Assembly: GCA_002269645.1 (NCBI GenBank)
Contig: NIVC01001638.1
Location: 186,001-250,000 of the forward strand
Length of the DNA stretch: 64,000 nucleotides
Reading direction: 5' to 3'
From: Macrostomum lignano
Taxonomy: Eukaryota
How positions within the stretch are numbered: position 1 is the first letter of the stretch; the number at the start of each line of letters is the position of its first letter. A model generated the notes under the pieces. It saw nothing but the letters and a program-made list of their open reading frames with translations, was not told the DNA's origin and searched no databases. The position numbers and the translations under genes are program-made. Below are positions 21,257 through 33,596 of this stretch, in pieces.

Positions 21257-22114
21257 TCAGTCATTACGTTCATCCTCTAGCCTCCTGCTTCTGGGGGGTA
21301 CCAATAGGTACATCAGCCCATTAATGGGGATATTCGTGGCCTTGAACTGGTACCGGATGTCATCTAACATCTCAAACATGGCCCGCTCTCGCCAGGGCCC
21401 TCCGGCGCGCCGCTCGGCCTCTTGCAGTACGTAGGTAGTGGCCACCTCGTAACTAGCCGTTGCTTCTTCTTCGGATGCCATCCCTAAGAACTCCTGGCAG
21501 GCCGTCGGTAGTTGATGGTTCCACTGCCCAGTCCTGCCGCTGGATAGAATGGCCTTCTTTAAGGCTTTCGTGCTGGCCTTGAAAAGCTGCTTAAAGGCCT
21601 CCTCGTTCCGCTTCGGGGGCTCGGATTCTCGTGGCGCCGCAATCGGCCATTTTACTTGACCAAAGGGGTTCGGCAGCAGCTGGAATTTTGGCATCGGCGG
21701 TTCTGTTGCAGCTGCCACTGGCGCGCCTGAGCCAGCCGACCCTTCTTCGTGTTCTTCCTCCTGCGGCTTCGTCTCCTTTTCTTCATTAGACTGCTGTTCC
21801 GTCTCATCTTCTTCATCTTCTACCTTTCGTTCTACATGTTGGACCAAGTCCTCCATAAACTGCTCTATCTCCCTTCTCAGCTCCTCTTCTCGCGTCGCCG
21901 TTCCTAATGCCTCGAAATCGATGTCGATTTGTAACTCTCTGTGGACTTCTCCCTCCTCCTCCTGCTGCCGGTCCAATTTCTGCCTTTTATACGTTTCTCC
22001 ACATTCTGCCAACTGCACTGCCCTAATTCGCGGGGGCTCGTTCTCTTCTCGACTAGTTCTGCGCTGGCCGTAGATTCTCTTCCTAGGGTACACGCGCAAT
22101 GGTGCGTCGGCCAT
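21257..22114 (-). CDS. Extra 3' ORF of the Gypsy element (285 aa, acidic/basic, non-env)
   Basis: Intact ATG ORF between pol and PPT; no signal peptide or TM segment visible; NLS-like PRKRIY. Confidence 0.7.
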   Translation of the reverse strand: MADAPLRVYPRKRIYGQRRTSREENEPPRIRAVQLAECGETYKRQKLDRQQEEEGEVHRELQIDIDFEALGTATREEELRREIEQFMEDLVQHVERKVEDEEDETEQQSNEEKETKPQEEEHEEGSAGSGAPVAAATEPPMPKFQLLPNPFGQVKWPIAAPRESEPPKRNEEAFKQLFKASTKALKKAILSSGRTGQWNHQLPTACQEFLGMASEEEATASYEVATTYVLQEAERRAGGPWRERAMFEMLDDIRYQFKATNIPINGLMYLLVPPRSRRLEDERND

Positions 22115-22116
22115 AG

Positions 22117-25100
22117 TTATTCAGATTTGAGCTGCAAGAGGTTGAATGGATTAAACAACGCCGCTATCCTCTGTACATAACTCTTCTGGTTCGGCCTGAC
22201 AGTTAATCTATCCGGAGCATGACGCTTTCTGGCTGGCCTAGCTTCTAAATTAATCCCTAGATTATTGTTATTATTTAATTGTACTGGCATAACTCCTTGT
22301 ACACCTACTAAATTATTTAGATTATTATTTTGATGCTGCACTTGTTGATTTGGCACTGACTGCACATTATTTGATGTTGCACTGGCATTAACTGCTCATT
22401 ATTTTGATGTTGCACTGGCATAAATTGCACTGCGTCCTCGTACTCGTCGTCGCTTTCTGAGTCACTGTACACATTCGGCTGAATATTGGCTAGCTGTTCC
22501 CTATTGCACTGCTTCTTTTGTTCCTTTGGCTTAGTACGAGCTTCTTCCTCCTGATAATCTGCTTGCGGTACTTTCATTAAATTGTCTCTATGCATGATAA
22601 GTTCTTCCTTCCTAGCCTTCTTGTTTTTGGTGACTGGTCTAATCTTAAAGACTACTTCTGATAATTGTTCTACAATTTCGTAAACTGCCCTTTGCTTTCT
22701 GTGAAATTTGTTAGCCTCTGTGTTAGCAATTACTGGATTATTGATAAATACTAAGCTTCCTACAGGCAATGTTTCCGGCTTAGGCTTGTTAGAGTACTCC
22801 TGCTCACGGTTTTGCTGCACTAATTTTAATCTCTTTCTTGCTAGTTCTTGGCCTTCCTGCAGATTCTGCTGATGTTCCTGGACATAAGATGGCAGGTCCT
22901 GAAACTGCTTTGGCTCGTTCAGCTCATTGTCACAGGGCATTCTGGCCTCTCGTCCAAAGATTAAATAGTGCGGACTAAATCCTGTGGCAGTGTGCGTGCT
23001 GGTTCTCAGAGCTGTTATGCAACCTGGCAACAGAACGTCCCAGTTGGAATGCTCCTTCTCCAGTAAACAGGTGAGAATTGATTTAATCTGCTTATTAAGG
23101 TTTTCTACTAAGCCATTGCTCTGCGGATGATAACTAGTTGTTCGAGTGTGTCTAATGCCATAGAGGTCTAAAAATTTCTTAAAGGCCCTACCAGTGAACT
23201 GTGTTCCCTGGTCTGTGTGAATCCACTGTGGAATCCCAAAATCAGCGAAAACTCGTTCTTGTAGAATTTTGATAACTGTTTTAGCCTTCTGATTCCTAAT
23301 TGCGAATGCGAATGGAAATTTGCTAGTGCTGTCTATGACTGAAAGTACATATTTGTTGCCTGATTTGCTGGTTTGGCCAATAGGTCCTATTAGATCTATG
23401 TGCAATCTACCGAACGGTTCGACTACAGGATAGTTCTGAATTGGTGCCTTAATTCTTCGTCTAGTTTTGCTTTCTAGGCATGATTTACATTTGGCTACGT
23501 AGCGCTCAACTGCTGTTGCTAATCCTGGCCTCCAAAATCGAATTTTAATCCTCTGATAAGTTTTATCTCGACCTAGGTGTCCCGCTAACGGTGAATCATG
23601 GAATTGGTGAAAGATTTCACTATCCAGAGACTTGGGCAACACTACCTTTGGATCAGTCTGCCCCATAGATAAGTCTACTTTGAGTACACCGTCCTCAATT
23701 CTGAGCAACTCATAGTAACCTAAGAGGTTCCTACAGTCGTGGGTTAACTCTAGTCGTTCTTGAAATGTCGGTTTAGGCGAGTCATTCTCAATTAAATTTC
23801 TAACAAAGCCTACCGCCGGATCGGCTAGCTGTGCTGCGATCAATTGGTCACGGCGAACTGGGCTACGGAGATAGTCACTGAGCAGGGCATTGCATGCAGG
23901 CGGATTTCCGGTTTTAGGCTCCTGTCCCTGTCTATTGTCTAGCCTACTGCTACTAAAGATCGGAGTATTGTGTCGGTTCGTGACAGTGTCTTGTGACGAA
24001 CAGCATGACGGAACTCCACTGCTCGAGCTACAGGTTTCAGCGAACGCGGAATTGCCTGAGCTGACAGTAAAAGCTGATGCTGGGTCTGTATTCACTGTTG
24101 CCCTACAGCTTAGCGACCTGGCATGTGGGGACATCTCTTCCGGTTGAGGATCAGGGATCCTGGATAGGGCGTCAGCATTCACATGTTTAGGGCCACTTCT
24201 ATGTTCTATCTCAAAATCAAATTCGGAAAGTCTTTCGATCCAACGACCTAAAATGCCTGTCTGTTCGGTTTGGCGAAGCAACCAGGTTAGGGCATTGTGA
24301 TCAGTGCGCACCTTAAAATGTTTTCCTACGAGGTAAAATCTAAAATACTTCAGCGAGTCAACAATCGCTAGAAGCTCCTTCCTCGTAATCGGATATCTAG
24401 TTTCTGACTGCCTCATCTTCCGACTATAATAAGCGATCGGCCTTTCAATGCCGTCGTTCTGTACTTGATTCAAGACCGCCCCAATTCTGACATCTGATGC
24501 ATCAGTGTCTAACACAAAATAAACTTGGGGGTCTGTATTGAACTCTGGGTAAGCAAGCACTTCTTCGGAACACATCCGTTCCTTCAACAATTCGAAGCAT
24601 TCATCATGAATCCTGGTCCATTTGTCCTGGATACATTTGATGTTCTTCTTGGTTAACTCACAGAGTGGTACTGCTACCTCGGCAAAATCTCTAACGAATT
24701 TTCTATAGTAATTACAGAGTCCGAGAAAACTTCGAAGCTCTGTTACAGATTTAGGTTTCGGCCAGTTCCTAATTGCTTCTAATTTTGACGCATCTCTCTT
24801 AATTCCTGCTTTGCCTATGACGTGTCCTAAATATTGTAGCTCTGATTTGAAAAGGTGACATTTCTTAGCCTTTAGTTTCATGTTAGCTTGTATTAGTCTC
24901 TTGAGCACTTCTTTCAGGTGTTCTAAATGCGATTCAAAGTCTGCACTATAAACTATTACATCGTCTAAGTAAGCTATAGCGAACTTCTGTGCAATGTCCT
25001 TAAGAACTAAGTTCATGCACCTTTGAAAAGTTCCTGGAGCTCCTTGCAATCCCATTGGCAATACTTCGTACTCAAACGAGCCTCGATGTAAAGTTGGAAA

Positions 25101-25710
25101 GCTAGTCTTGCACTTATCTTCTTCCCTAAGAGCTATCTGATAATATCCCGAAAATAGATCTAACGTAGAAAATTGACTGGCTCCATGGAGACATGAAAAT
25201 TTTTCATTGATATTAGTTATTGGATACGGAAAGTACTCCGCTTTATTGTTTAGTGCTCGATAGTCGTTGACTAATCTCAGCGAACCATCTTTCTTAGGTA
25301 CTATGACTAATGGAGTCGAGTACTGCGAGTAACTAGGCCTAATGATGCCTCTAGCCAACATGAGATCTAACTGCTCATCTACCTCCTTGATCCAATGAGG
25401 TGGAATTTTCCTAGCTGGTATCTGAACTGGGTTGTTGTCCTTCAAGATAATCTCATGAGTGACTAAATGCGTTCTGCCTAAGTCTAACTCGTGCTGCGAG
25501 AAAGCTGCTGAATGTTCCTTGACGACCTCGATCACCTTCTGTCTCTGTTCCTGAGTCAGTTCAGTTCCTATGTTAATCTCACTAATCCACTTAGCAACGG
25601 CAAGCAAGAGGATTTGTCCTGAACAAGGTCACAGCCTCAACTCTAGCACAGTCATAACTCATAAGCCTTGAGCTAGTTGGTTGGTAGGCACACCAACCCC
25701 TTTTTTATGG
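22117..25710 (-). CDS. pol: Ty3/Gypsy pol (RT-RNaseH-integrase), 3' half of the split element
   Basis: VPKKDGSLRLVNDYRALN, YLDD, TDASD, TDH, ADALSR, H..GH.G..C..C, DLIGP, DQGTQF, NGLVE; frameshift near 22370 before the RPARKRHAPDRL tail. Confidence 0.95.
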
Positions 25711-26084
25711 TAGCGGGGGGCAGCCCTGAAGCGCATTAGCTAAGTTAGGAAGTGTTCCCGCTTCTACCGAGACCTCTTTCCTACTGTTCGTTATCCCTTT
25801 CCCCTTCATCGATCCAGTCTTCTTGTGCGGTCCCGGCCTTCTCCGGCTTTCGTCTCCAGGCGGGGTCCAGGTCAACTCCTCATCAGTCTCCCCCGCGGGC
25901 CGGTTCCAACCAGTTCCAGTTTTGCTGTCGGTCCGGGCCGCGTTCGCACTGTAATGAAAGGGTGAGCTCCGGGCGTGTCCTCATCTAACCTCTCTGCTTT
26001 CAGTTGCTTGCCCTCTCTACTGTTGCTATTTTCTGCCTGATTTTATCCTAGAGCTCTCTTGAATTCGTTTCAGATTTCTAAGTC

Positions 26085-26618
26085 TTATAGAAAGCGCTCG
26101 CGAGCCATGGCAATCTCCCCAGGCACGTCCTCGTCCTCATCGTCGAAGAGAAGGAGCGTAGCGGCTGATGATATTGAGGCCCGGCGGGAGGCAGTCGAAG
26201 CAGAGGCGGCAGCAGCGGAAACGGGCGCTGCAGAGACGGGCGCAGCAGAGACAGAGGCGGCAGCAGCGGAGCCAGAGACAGGCGCGGCAGAGGCAGAGAC
26301 AGGACCGGCTGTGGTCAGCTCCTCAACAGAGACCTCAAAGAGGGTGGCTGAGGCGGCAGTCAAATCGGAGGCAGTAGCAGCAGGGGCGCCGTTCACAACC
26401 CCTCCAATAGCCAGCAGCGGGAGGTCGAAAACTTCAGACTCGGTGTCACGATCATAGGCCATAGCCCAAGCTAAATATTGATCAACCTCCCAATTATCAG
26501 TTCCGTTGTTTTCAGTGCCTAGGGGGACTATGTGTTCGGGGATATCACCGTCGAGGCTAGTTAACTCTTCAGTCGGGCGATTTTTATCCCAGAGGTTGGA
26601 TAGAGCTCGGCGGGACAT
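26085..26618 (-). CDS. Unknown ORF with Ala/Ser-rich repeat, in the Polinton-2 module
   Basis: 177-aa ATG ORF downstream of the PC4-like gene, same strand. Confidence 0.45.
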   Translation of the reverse strand: MSRRALSNLWDKNRPTEELTSLDGDIPEHIVPLGTENNGTDNWEVDQYLAWAMAYDRDTESEVFDLPLLAIGGVVNGAPAATASDLTAASATLFEVSVEELTTAGPVSASAAPVSGSAAAASVSAAPVSAAPVSAAAASASTASRRASISSAATLLLFDDEDEDVPGEIAMARERFL

Positions 26619-26734
26619 GTTGGAATCAACAGAGAGTAAAGTATCAGAGCAAGGATGGGGTTTGGCTCTCTGGAGAGAGAGGAAACACTAATTATATAGT
26701 AGGTCCAAGTGAGGTGGTGTGAGCCAATAGGAAA

Positions 26735-27280
26735 CTACCAGTGCCGACCCTCGTCATACAGATTTTCCCAGGGCGGGGATTGGTAGGGTTTGAGACCCAC
26801 AACCTGAAGAACGTCCTGCAGATTTTCCTCCTCAGTCCTGGCTACCGGAGGGGTCTCTGTCTTGGCTCGCTTGGCAGGCGGTGGGGCCTCAGGTGCCGGC
26901 TTAAAGAGCTTGTCCAAACGGGAGGCAAACATCCGGCGCCACAGTTCAGGCGTGAATTCGATCGTGTAGCGCCAATTAAACTTTGGGTCCACGTTGAGCC
27001 AATCGCGCAGCAAACGAATCCTTCCTTGCGAAGCCTCGACAGCCTTGAAATTGCCCAACACGACCCGCTTGTACACGTGAAGGCGGGCAGCAGCCTCCAG
27101 GTCAGGGCGTGCAGACTCGAGCTTCTTCCACTCTGGTTCGGTCAAGTAGATTGCAGGGAAGCCGTCCTTCCACACTCCAGCCTCGTTGGTGCAGAGACGC
27201 CGAATTTCAATCAAGTTGTGCTCAGTTTCAAATGTGGGCTTCCGCGCCACAAAGTTTTCGTATAGAGAGTTAAAAGACAT
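26735..27280 (-). CDS. Tandem PC4-like ssDNA-binding protein
   Basis: IEIRR....AG.WKDG...IYLTEPEWKKL and a second RIRLLRDW...YTIEFTPELWRRM resemble the PC4 signature IR...G..GI.L..EQW..L; PPAKRAK NLS. Confidence 0.65.
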   Translation of the reverse strand: MSFNSLYENFVARKPTFETEHNLIEIRRLCTNEAGVWKDGFPAIYLTEPEWKKLESARPDLEAAARLHVYKRVVLGNFKAVEASQGRIRLLRDWLNVDPKFNWRYTIEFTPELWRRMFASRLDKLFKPAPEAPPPAKRAKTETPPVARTEEENLQDVLQVVGLKPYQSPPWENLYDEGRHW

Positions 27281-27519
27281 GATTTAGCAGCAGCAGCAGA
27301 GAGCTCTCTGGCAGCCGTGCAGCGCCTTATATACCCCCGGATGGAGGGTGGGGTGGGTGGTGATTTTGGGGGTGATTTTTGATGATTTTGGTTGGTTTTT
27401 GGCGATTTGACCAATAACCAGCAAGCTGGGCAGATTTTTTAGTATATATACAGACCCCCAGAACAGGGATAGAGAGATAATCCTTCTCTCTCCGCTCTCT
27501 AACACTCTCTGTTTGCAAA
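27281..27519. promoter_or_regulatory. Putative bidirectional promoter between the PC4-like gene and pPolB
   Basis: 239 bp between divergent ATGs; TATA-like CTTATATAC (~27327) and AGTATATATAC (~27441). Confidence 0.45.
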
Positions 27520-30500
27520 ATGTCAAAGCGCAGCGCAGCACCAACTGCTTTCCTGGCTGATAAGAGGCAGCGTCTTTATGGTAAGTTTTTAATTAATTTC
27601 TGGCCAGTTGTTTATCAGTCTAGACTAGAGTTACTAGGGTGGGGTGCTGCGGCAGGAGGTGAGCTGCTGCGACAGCTGCAGGGGTTTAGCGCTGTCTAGA
27701 CAAGTTTCAGCACGGTGAGCTGCGCGTGTAAACAAAGACTGGGGCTGCAGATAGGGTGCGTGTACGTAGCTGCCCAGACAAGCTGCAGCTGAGGTGCTGA
27801 TAAGAAATTGCTGCAAAAACAGATAATCGTTGGGTGCGGTGACAGAGAGTTGCTGGGGAGGACTAGACATCATTTAGCAGCAACAGCTGCAGGATCCGTG
27901 GGAATTGGAGGGGTGCAGCAGAGTAAACAACAAAGACTGGCGCTGCTGCGCTGGCTACACGGGTCTAGACTAGAGTCACTAGGCAGGGGGGGGGGTACGT
28001 TGCTGATAAGAAATTGGCAGAGGCTGTAACAGATAATCGTTGGGGTAAAATTGCAGACAAGTTTCAGCAGGGCGGTGGCAGAGAGTTGCTGGGTCTGATA
28101 ATCGGTGTGCGGGGACAGCGTGAACTCTGATAAGAAATTGGTGCAGATTTCTGGCGCTGCCCAGACAGGCTGCAGCTGGGGTACAGATAAGAAATTGGCA
28201 GGGGCTGTAACAGAGAGTTGCTGGGGCGGGCTAGACACGTTTCAGCAGCAACAGCTGCAGGGTCTGTGGGCAGCAGAGTAAACAAAGACTCTTGCAGAAT
28301 AGAGTTGGTGAATTGCTGCTTGCTGCGACATAGGGCTGATAGGAACTTGCTAGGGCGGGGGAATGACAGATTCTTCTGGTTTGTTATCTCCTTGTGTTTT
28401 TTTCAGACGCGTTTGTCCCGCCTGTACAGCCAGAATCTGTTACCGGACCGGGTGAGTTATCTAGCCCCCATTCCCCAGACAGACCCGGGCTGACTCACAC
28501 TCCCCTTCATTCCCTGCAGGTTTTACGGCCCGGCTAGATAATCAGCGCAAGCTGCCCAAGTTTAGGGCAAAGGGTGTTGAGTATGTGGTGCGTATTAGTA
28601 ACACCGAAGATTTACGCTAGACATTCGCTAGTATGCTCGAAGTTTTCAAGCAGGATTTGGCGGGGGAAGACTTTATGGCCGCGAAATTCGAGAGCGACAA
28701 CATGCTCAAAGCCGCCCATACTCCCCCCAGTGCGTGCAGCCCGCATGACAGCCGAATTATTATTCAAGCACATTGACAAGATTGTGCAGTCGGAGGCAAC
28801 TGTCTTGACGGGCAACTTTTCTATCCGACTGCTAAAGGCCTGGGTGCCTCGAGGTGGCTGCTCCCTCGAGAACAAGCATCTGGAGGACCGCCATGTCTTC
28901 TCCAAGCACTATGTCTGCATCAACAACACTGACAAGAGGTGCCTGCTGCGAGCGCTTGTTGTCGCCTGCGCCTACCTGCAATTTGTGGCCAAGACAATCA
29001 CCGAGCAACTGTGGCGCACGATCAAGGCCAATTCACTCAAGCAGACTAAGCTGGTGGCTCAGCTGCAAATCAAAGCCGGTCTCTACACGGTAAGTTGGGC
29101 ACTGATTTTCCTGATAAGAATTACTAAAAGAACCATTTTTCTGCTATTTTCATGGATTACTAAAAGAATTTTTACATAGTATCATGGAATACTAAAAGAA
29201 CCATACTCTGATAAGAATTTTTACGATAAGAATTACTAAAAGAACCATTTTCTGGTAGGAATTTTTACATAGTATCAGGGAATACTAAAATAAATATTTT
29301 ACCCCCACACAGACTCTTCAAACCGTCTCGCAGGCCGGTCCTTTCGGGGTGGATGTACTACCCGAGGCGATCCGTGCCCTGAACCGGCTGCATCCTGGCC
29401 ACAACTTTGGTGTACGAGTGTACCGGGCAGAGGAGGCCAACAGGTGCATCTTCAACCTGCCTGGCATCGAGATTCTGCACCTCCACCTGATTGAGCAGCA
29501 CTTCAATGTGGTTACCAAGCTGCCAGCGTTTTTCGGCAGCCACCACTACTGCTCCAAGTGCGAGATGGCCTATGACTGCACCAACGCTGAGCACAAGTGT
29601 GCTGACGCCTGGAGTACATGCAAGACGCCGGGCTCCAACTGCAAGGTCAACCGCGCATATGTGAGATGCCATGATTGCGGGCTAAATTGTTATAATGCTC
29701 AGTGTCTAGAGAATCACAAGCGCAAGAATAAGGCGGGTAGATCTCGCTGTGATTCAGTCCACGTTTGCGGCACGTGTGGCTATCTAGAAGAACTGAAAGT
29801 AGGCCAGGCCCCCGAGCATCAGTGCGGTCACTCCAAGTATCCAGTCTGCAAGCAGTACGATGAAACAGCCACCTACGAGTGCTTTGTCACCCCGCCCAAA
29901 GCCAAAGAGTCTAGCGCCCCGTACGTTTACTACGATTTCGAGACGTACGTTGACTCTGGCAAGCAGCACCGGGTACACTTGGTTACGGCAGCTACCTCCT
30001 GCGAGGCGTGTCCCAAACTCTTCCCCAGGCCCCGCTGCAGCGCGTGCGGGGGTTGCACCGCTCAGCCAATTGCATTGCGGGACGCGATTTGGCGCGCGAT
30101 TTTACGAGCTGTGTCTCCCACAATGACTGTGCTTGCGGGATGCGAGAGTTTTTATCAGTCGGGCCTCACTCTATCGATGCATTTTACTGCTGGCTGACTA
30201 GCGTGTTCAAGCAGGGGGCAATTGCTATTGCGCACAATGGCTCTGCGTATGACGCATTCCTCCTGCTCGGAGCCCTACTCAATGGACTGGCCAAGAAAAA
30301 GCCCCAGGTAATCTTCCAGAACAGCCGCCTGATGTACATGAAGAGTGACAAGATCACGTTCAAGGACAGCCTCAACTTTATCCCTATTGGTCTGGCGCAA
30401 TTCCCAAAGGCACTTGGTTTGAGCACCCAACTGACCAAAGGAGATTTCCCGCACGTGTTGAATCAGCCGCAAAACTGGGGCTACGTAGGACCCTACTGCT

Positions 30501-32694
30501 CGATTGATATGTACGGAGGGAAAAAGAATAAGCAACACGACTCCATCGCTGACTGGCTGGCCCAGCAGGAGGGCCGAGTGTTTAATTTCAACAAGGAGTA
30601 CCTGGACTATTGCCTGCAGGACACGCTAATATTGCGGGAAGGCTGTCTAAAGTACGGCCGCCTAATTAAGGACATTTGCGGACTGGACGCATTTGTCCAA
30701 TCCAACACCATTGCGGGCTTGGCCATGGCAGTATTCACCACCAAGTTTATGGTGCCCAACACTCTTGGGGTGATTTCTCGCCGGTCAGATGTGCAGTCGC
30801 ACAAGGCGCGGTGCTGGCTTGCACATTTGAATGCAACCGAGTTTGGCGGCCGGTTGCGGACAGCCGACTTTGGCGGCGAGGCTTTCGCCATAGGCCGAAA
30901 GGTGTATGGCTTCGACCCAGAGACTAGGACGGTGCTCCAGTTTCATGGCTGCTTCCACCATGGCTGTCCCAAGTGCTTTTTCAACGGCGACGTGCTGCAC
31001 CCGCTCAAGAACCAGCCAATGCGGGCAATTTATGAGGAGACTGAGCGCTTCACCCGGCTGCTCTCTACAGCCTACAATGTACGTGTTCTGTGGGAGCACG
31101 ACTATCAGGGCGGGGGAGCGCCAGTCCAGCAGCCTATTCGTCTGGAGGAAGCCCTGTTTGGCGGCCGCACCGAGGCCTTTGTTCCGCACGCCGAGGCCAC
31201 TGAGACTGTGGAGCTGCGCTATAGGGATGTGGTAAGTTTTTTCAAAATTTCTCACACACACGCACACACACACAGTTGACTTGCGTTTGAGTTTAGCCTA
31301 CTTATCCTCTAGGTGTCGCTCTACCCGACTGTCAACAAGTTTGACAAGTACCCTGTCGGGCACCCGGTTCACCACCCCGAGCCTCATCTACTAGATGAGC
31401 AGCAGCTGGCTCGGTATTTTGGCATCGCCGAGGTCTCAATTCTGCCGCCAACCAATCTTCACATCCCGCTACTGCCCGCCAAGATTAGCAAGAAGCTGGT
31501 TTTTGGCCTCTGCCGCGTCTGCATGGAGACACAGTGCAGCAGCGAGTGTACACACACTGACGCTGAGAGAATGCTCCGCGGCACGTGGTCGACCCCAGAG
31601 CTCCACAAAGCCCTGCAGTTGGGTTACAAGCTGCAGTCAGTTCATGCCCTGGCGTATTGGACCGAGACTCGGTCCGGGCTGTTTGCAGATTATGTAAACA
31701 CCTTTTTGAAGCTCAAAGCCGAGTCTAGCGGTTCGCCGGGGATGACTGAGGGCGCCAAGGCTGCCTACATGGCCAGCTTTTTCGAGCGCGAAGGTGTCCG
31801 GCTTGACAAGGTGGAAGAGAACCCTGGTCTGCGCTTTGTGGCCAAGATTTTTCTAAACTCGTAAGTTGGGGAGACCGTGTTTTTCTACTTACAGTAGCCA
31901 GATATACTAACTGCTAAAATTTATTTTTCCCTGCAGGCTCTGGGGAAAATTCTGCCAGCGCGACGACTTGACCTCCACAGAGATTGTGGACAGCTACGAG
32001 GCGTGGCTCCAGCGTCTGACAGACCCCTCCATCAAGGTCAAGTCGTGCGAGCCTGTTGGGGAGAGCTTCATGATGCTCGAGTATAAGCCCCGATTTGGCG
32101 GTGCCAGCGAGCGAGCATTTAAGTACGCCAATGTACCAATTGGCGTTTTCACCACCTCCCATGCCCCGCTGCGACTCTACGAGGCTCTGGAGGGGCTAGG
32201 ACCAGAGTCATTTACGCCGATACCGATTCGTAAGTAATTTTTTCACTGTCTCTGTGTCTCTTTCTCCCCCAACACTTTTTTATCCTCCTCCTCCTCCCAG
32301 GGTCGTATACCGGTGCTCTCCGGGCGAGTACGAGCCTCCGGGCGGTTCGAGTTTGGGGCAGTGGACTGACGAGGTACCTGCCGGCTGCCGTATGGTACAG
32401 TTCACCACTGGGGGCCCCAAGCTCTACCGCTATGTGGTGGAGAAGCCCGACGGGTCGGTGTACTCGGTACTCAAGTGCAAGGGCATCCGAGTCACACCCG
32501 AGATTTCCGAGCGCGAGGACGAGCTGCAGGAAATTCTGCGCCACGGCTGCTCTGTAAGCCTGCCCCAGGTCCAGTTCAGGCGCGATATGGCTAGCTGTAC
32601 AATCAGGACCCTGGAGATGGACAAGACTTTCCAGCGAGTAATGACTAAGAGAGTGTATGGGGCCGCCAGCCGTCCGTATGGCTTTCGGGAGTGA
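27520..32694 (+). pseudogene. Protein-primed DNA PolB (Polinton-like), 7 exons, ~1276 aa, with 1 stop and 3 one-base frameshifts
   Basis: Exons 27520-27580, 28407-28451, 28520-29089, 29313(or 29334)-31231, 31313-31860, 31937-32229, 32301-32694; all GT..AG with compatible phases; ExoI YYDFET, ExoII HNGSAYD, ExoIII YCLQDT, inserted FHGCFHHGC nuclease-like domain, YRDV|VSLYP, LNS|LWGKF, YADTDS|. Confidence 0.9.
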
Positions 32695-33236
32695 GTGATA
32701 ACGATCTGTCTTAGGGGAGCGGTTTTCGTGAGTGATAAGGATCGGTCTTTGTACGTCTCCCAGCCTGGGATTCCCCTATGTGCACACTTGGGATCCCTTC
32801 AAGTGTTAAAACTCCCATTTGACACCTATTCCCCCGGGGCGGTTTGTAGCCCGTTGGTCCACCTCTTGGAGTAGAACTCCTGCAAAACGGACATAAACTG
32901 CTGCGCCGATTAGCGTCCCGATAGCGCAATCGAAATACGTTTCCGCTCCCGAGCCCTCTCACGGGTTCAATCGGGCTGAAAGATGTTGACGCGTTCAAAA
33001 GCGTCGTGATAATAATATATTGTGGGTTAGGGCGGCTAAAAACTCCCTTTTGTTTTTTGTTTAATGCACCTGTGGGCTAGACAATTGCAGCAATATTTAC
33101 ACCTGCAGCACCTACGTTTGTATAGCTTTATTAATCTGATATGTTTCAAAAGTGAATATGCTTTATACATATGAGTCTGTATTTTACAACTATATATTTA
33201 CGCCTGCTGATATTTGCACTCGCGCATGCATACCAT

Positions 33237-33596
33237 TATTAATCCGATATGTATCGAAAGTACACTTTGTAAACCTGCTTTATACATTAAACTGCTATGT
33301 ATCGAAAGTAGACTTTGTAAACCTGCTTTATACATTAATCTGATATGTTCTTTACGCTTTATACACACATGTATTGAAAGTAAGTCTGCATTATACTTGT
33401 ATCTACCTGTGTTTTATTAGCGCCTACTACACTAATATTGGTTTTGTCAGCCTAACTGAGAATAAAGCCATCCAAAGTGAGAATCCTGCCTACGCTGAAT
33501 ACGAAGGGCCTAGCTGCGTTCAGCCTAGTCTATGAGCCATAGACTATAAAGGACAAGCAAAGTTTTAAAAGACCAATCGATTCTCACATTGGATGG
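33237..33596 (-). repeat. Inverted partner of the 18600-18970 repeat
   Basis: Direct sequence comparison; ends ACATTGGATGG. Confidence 0.93.
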
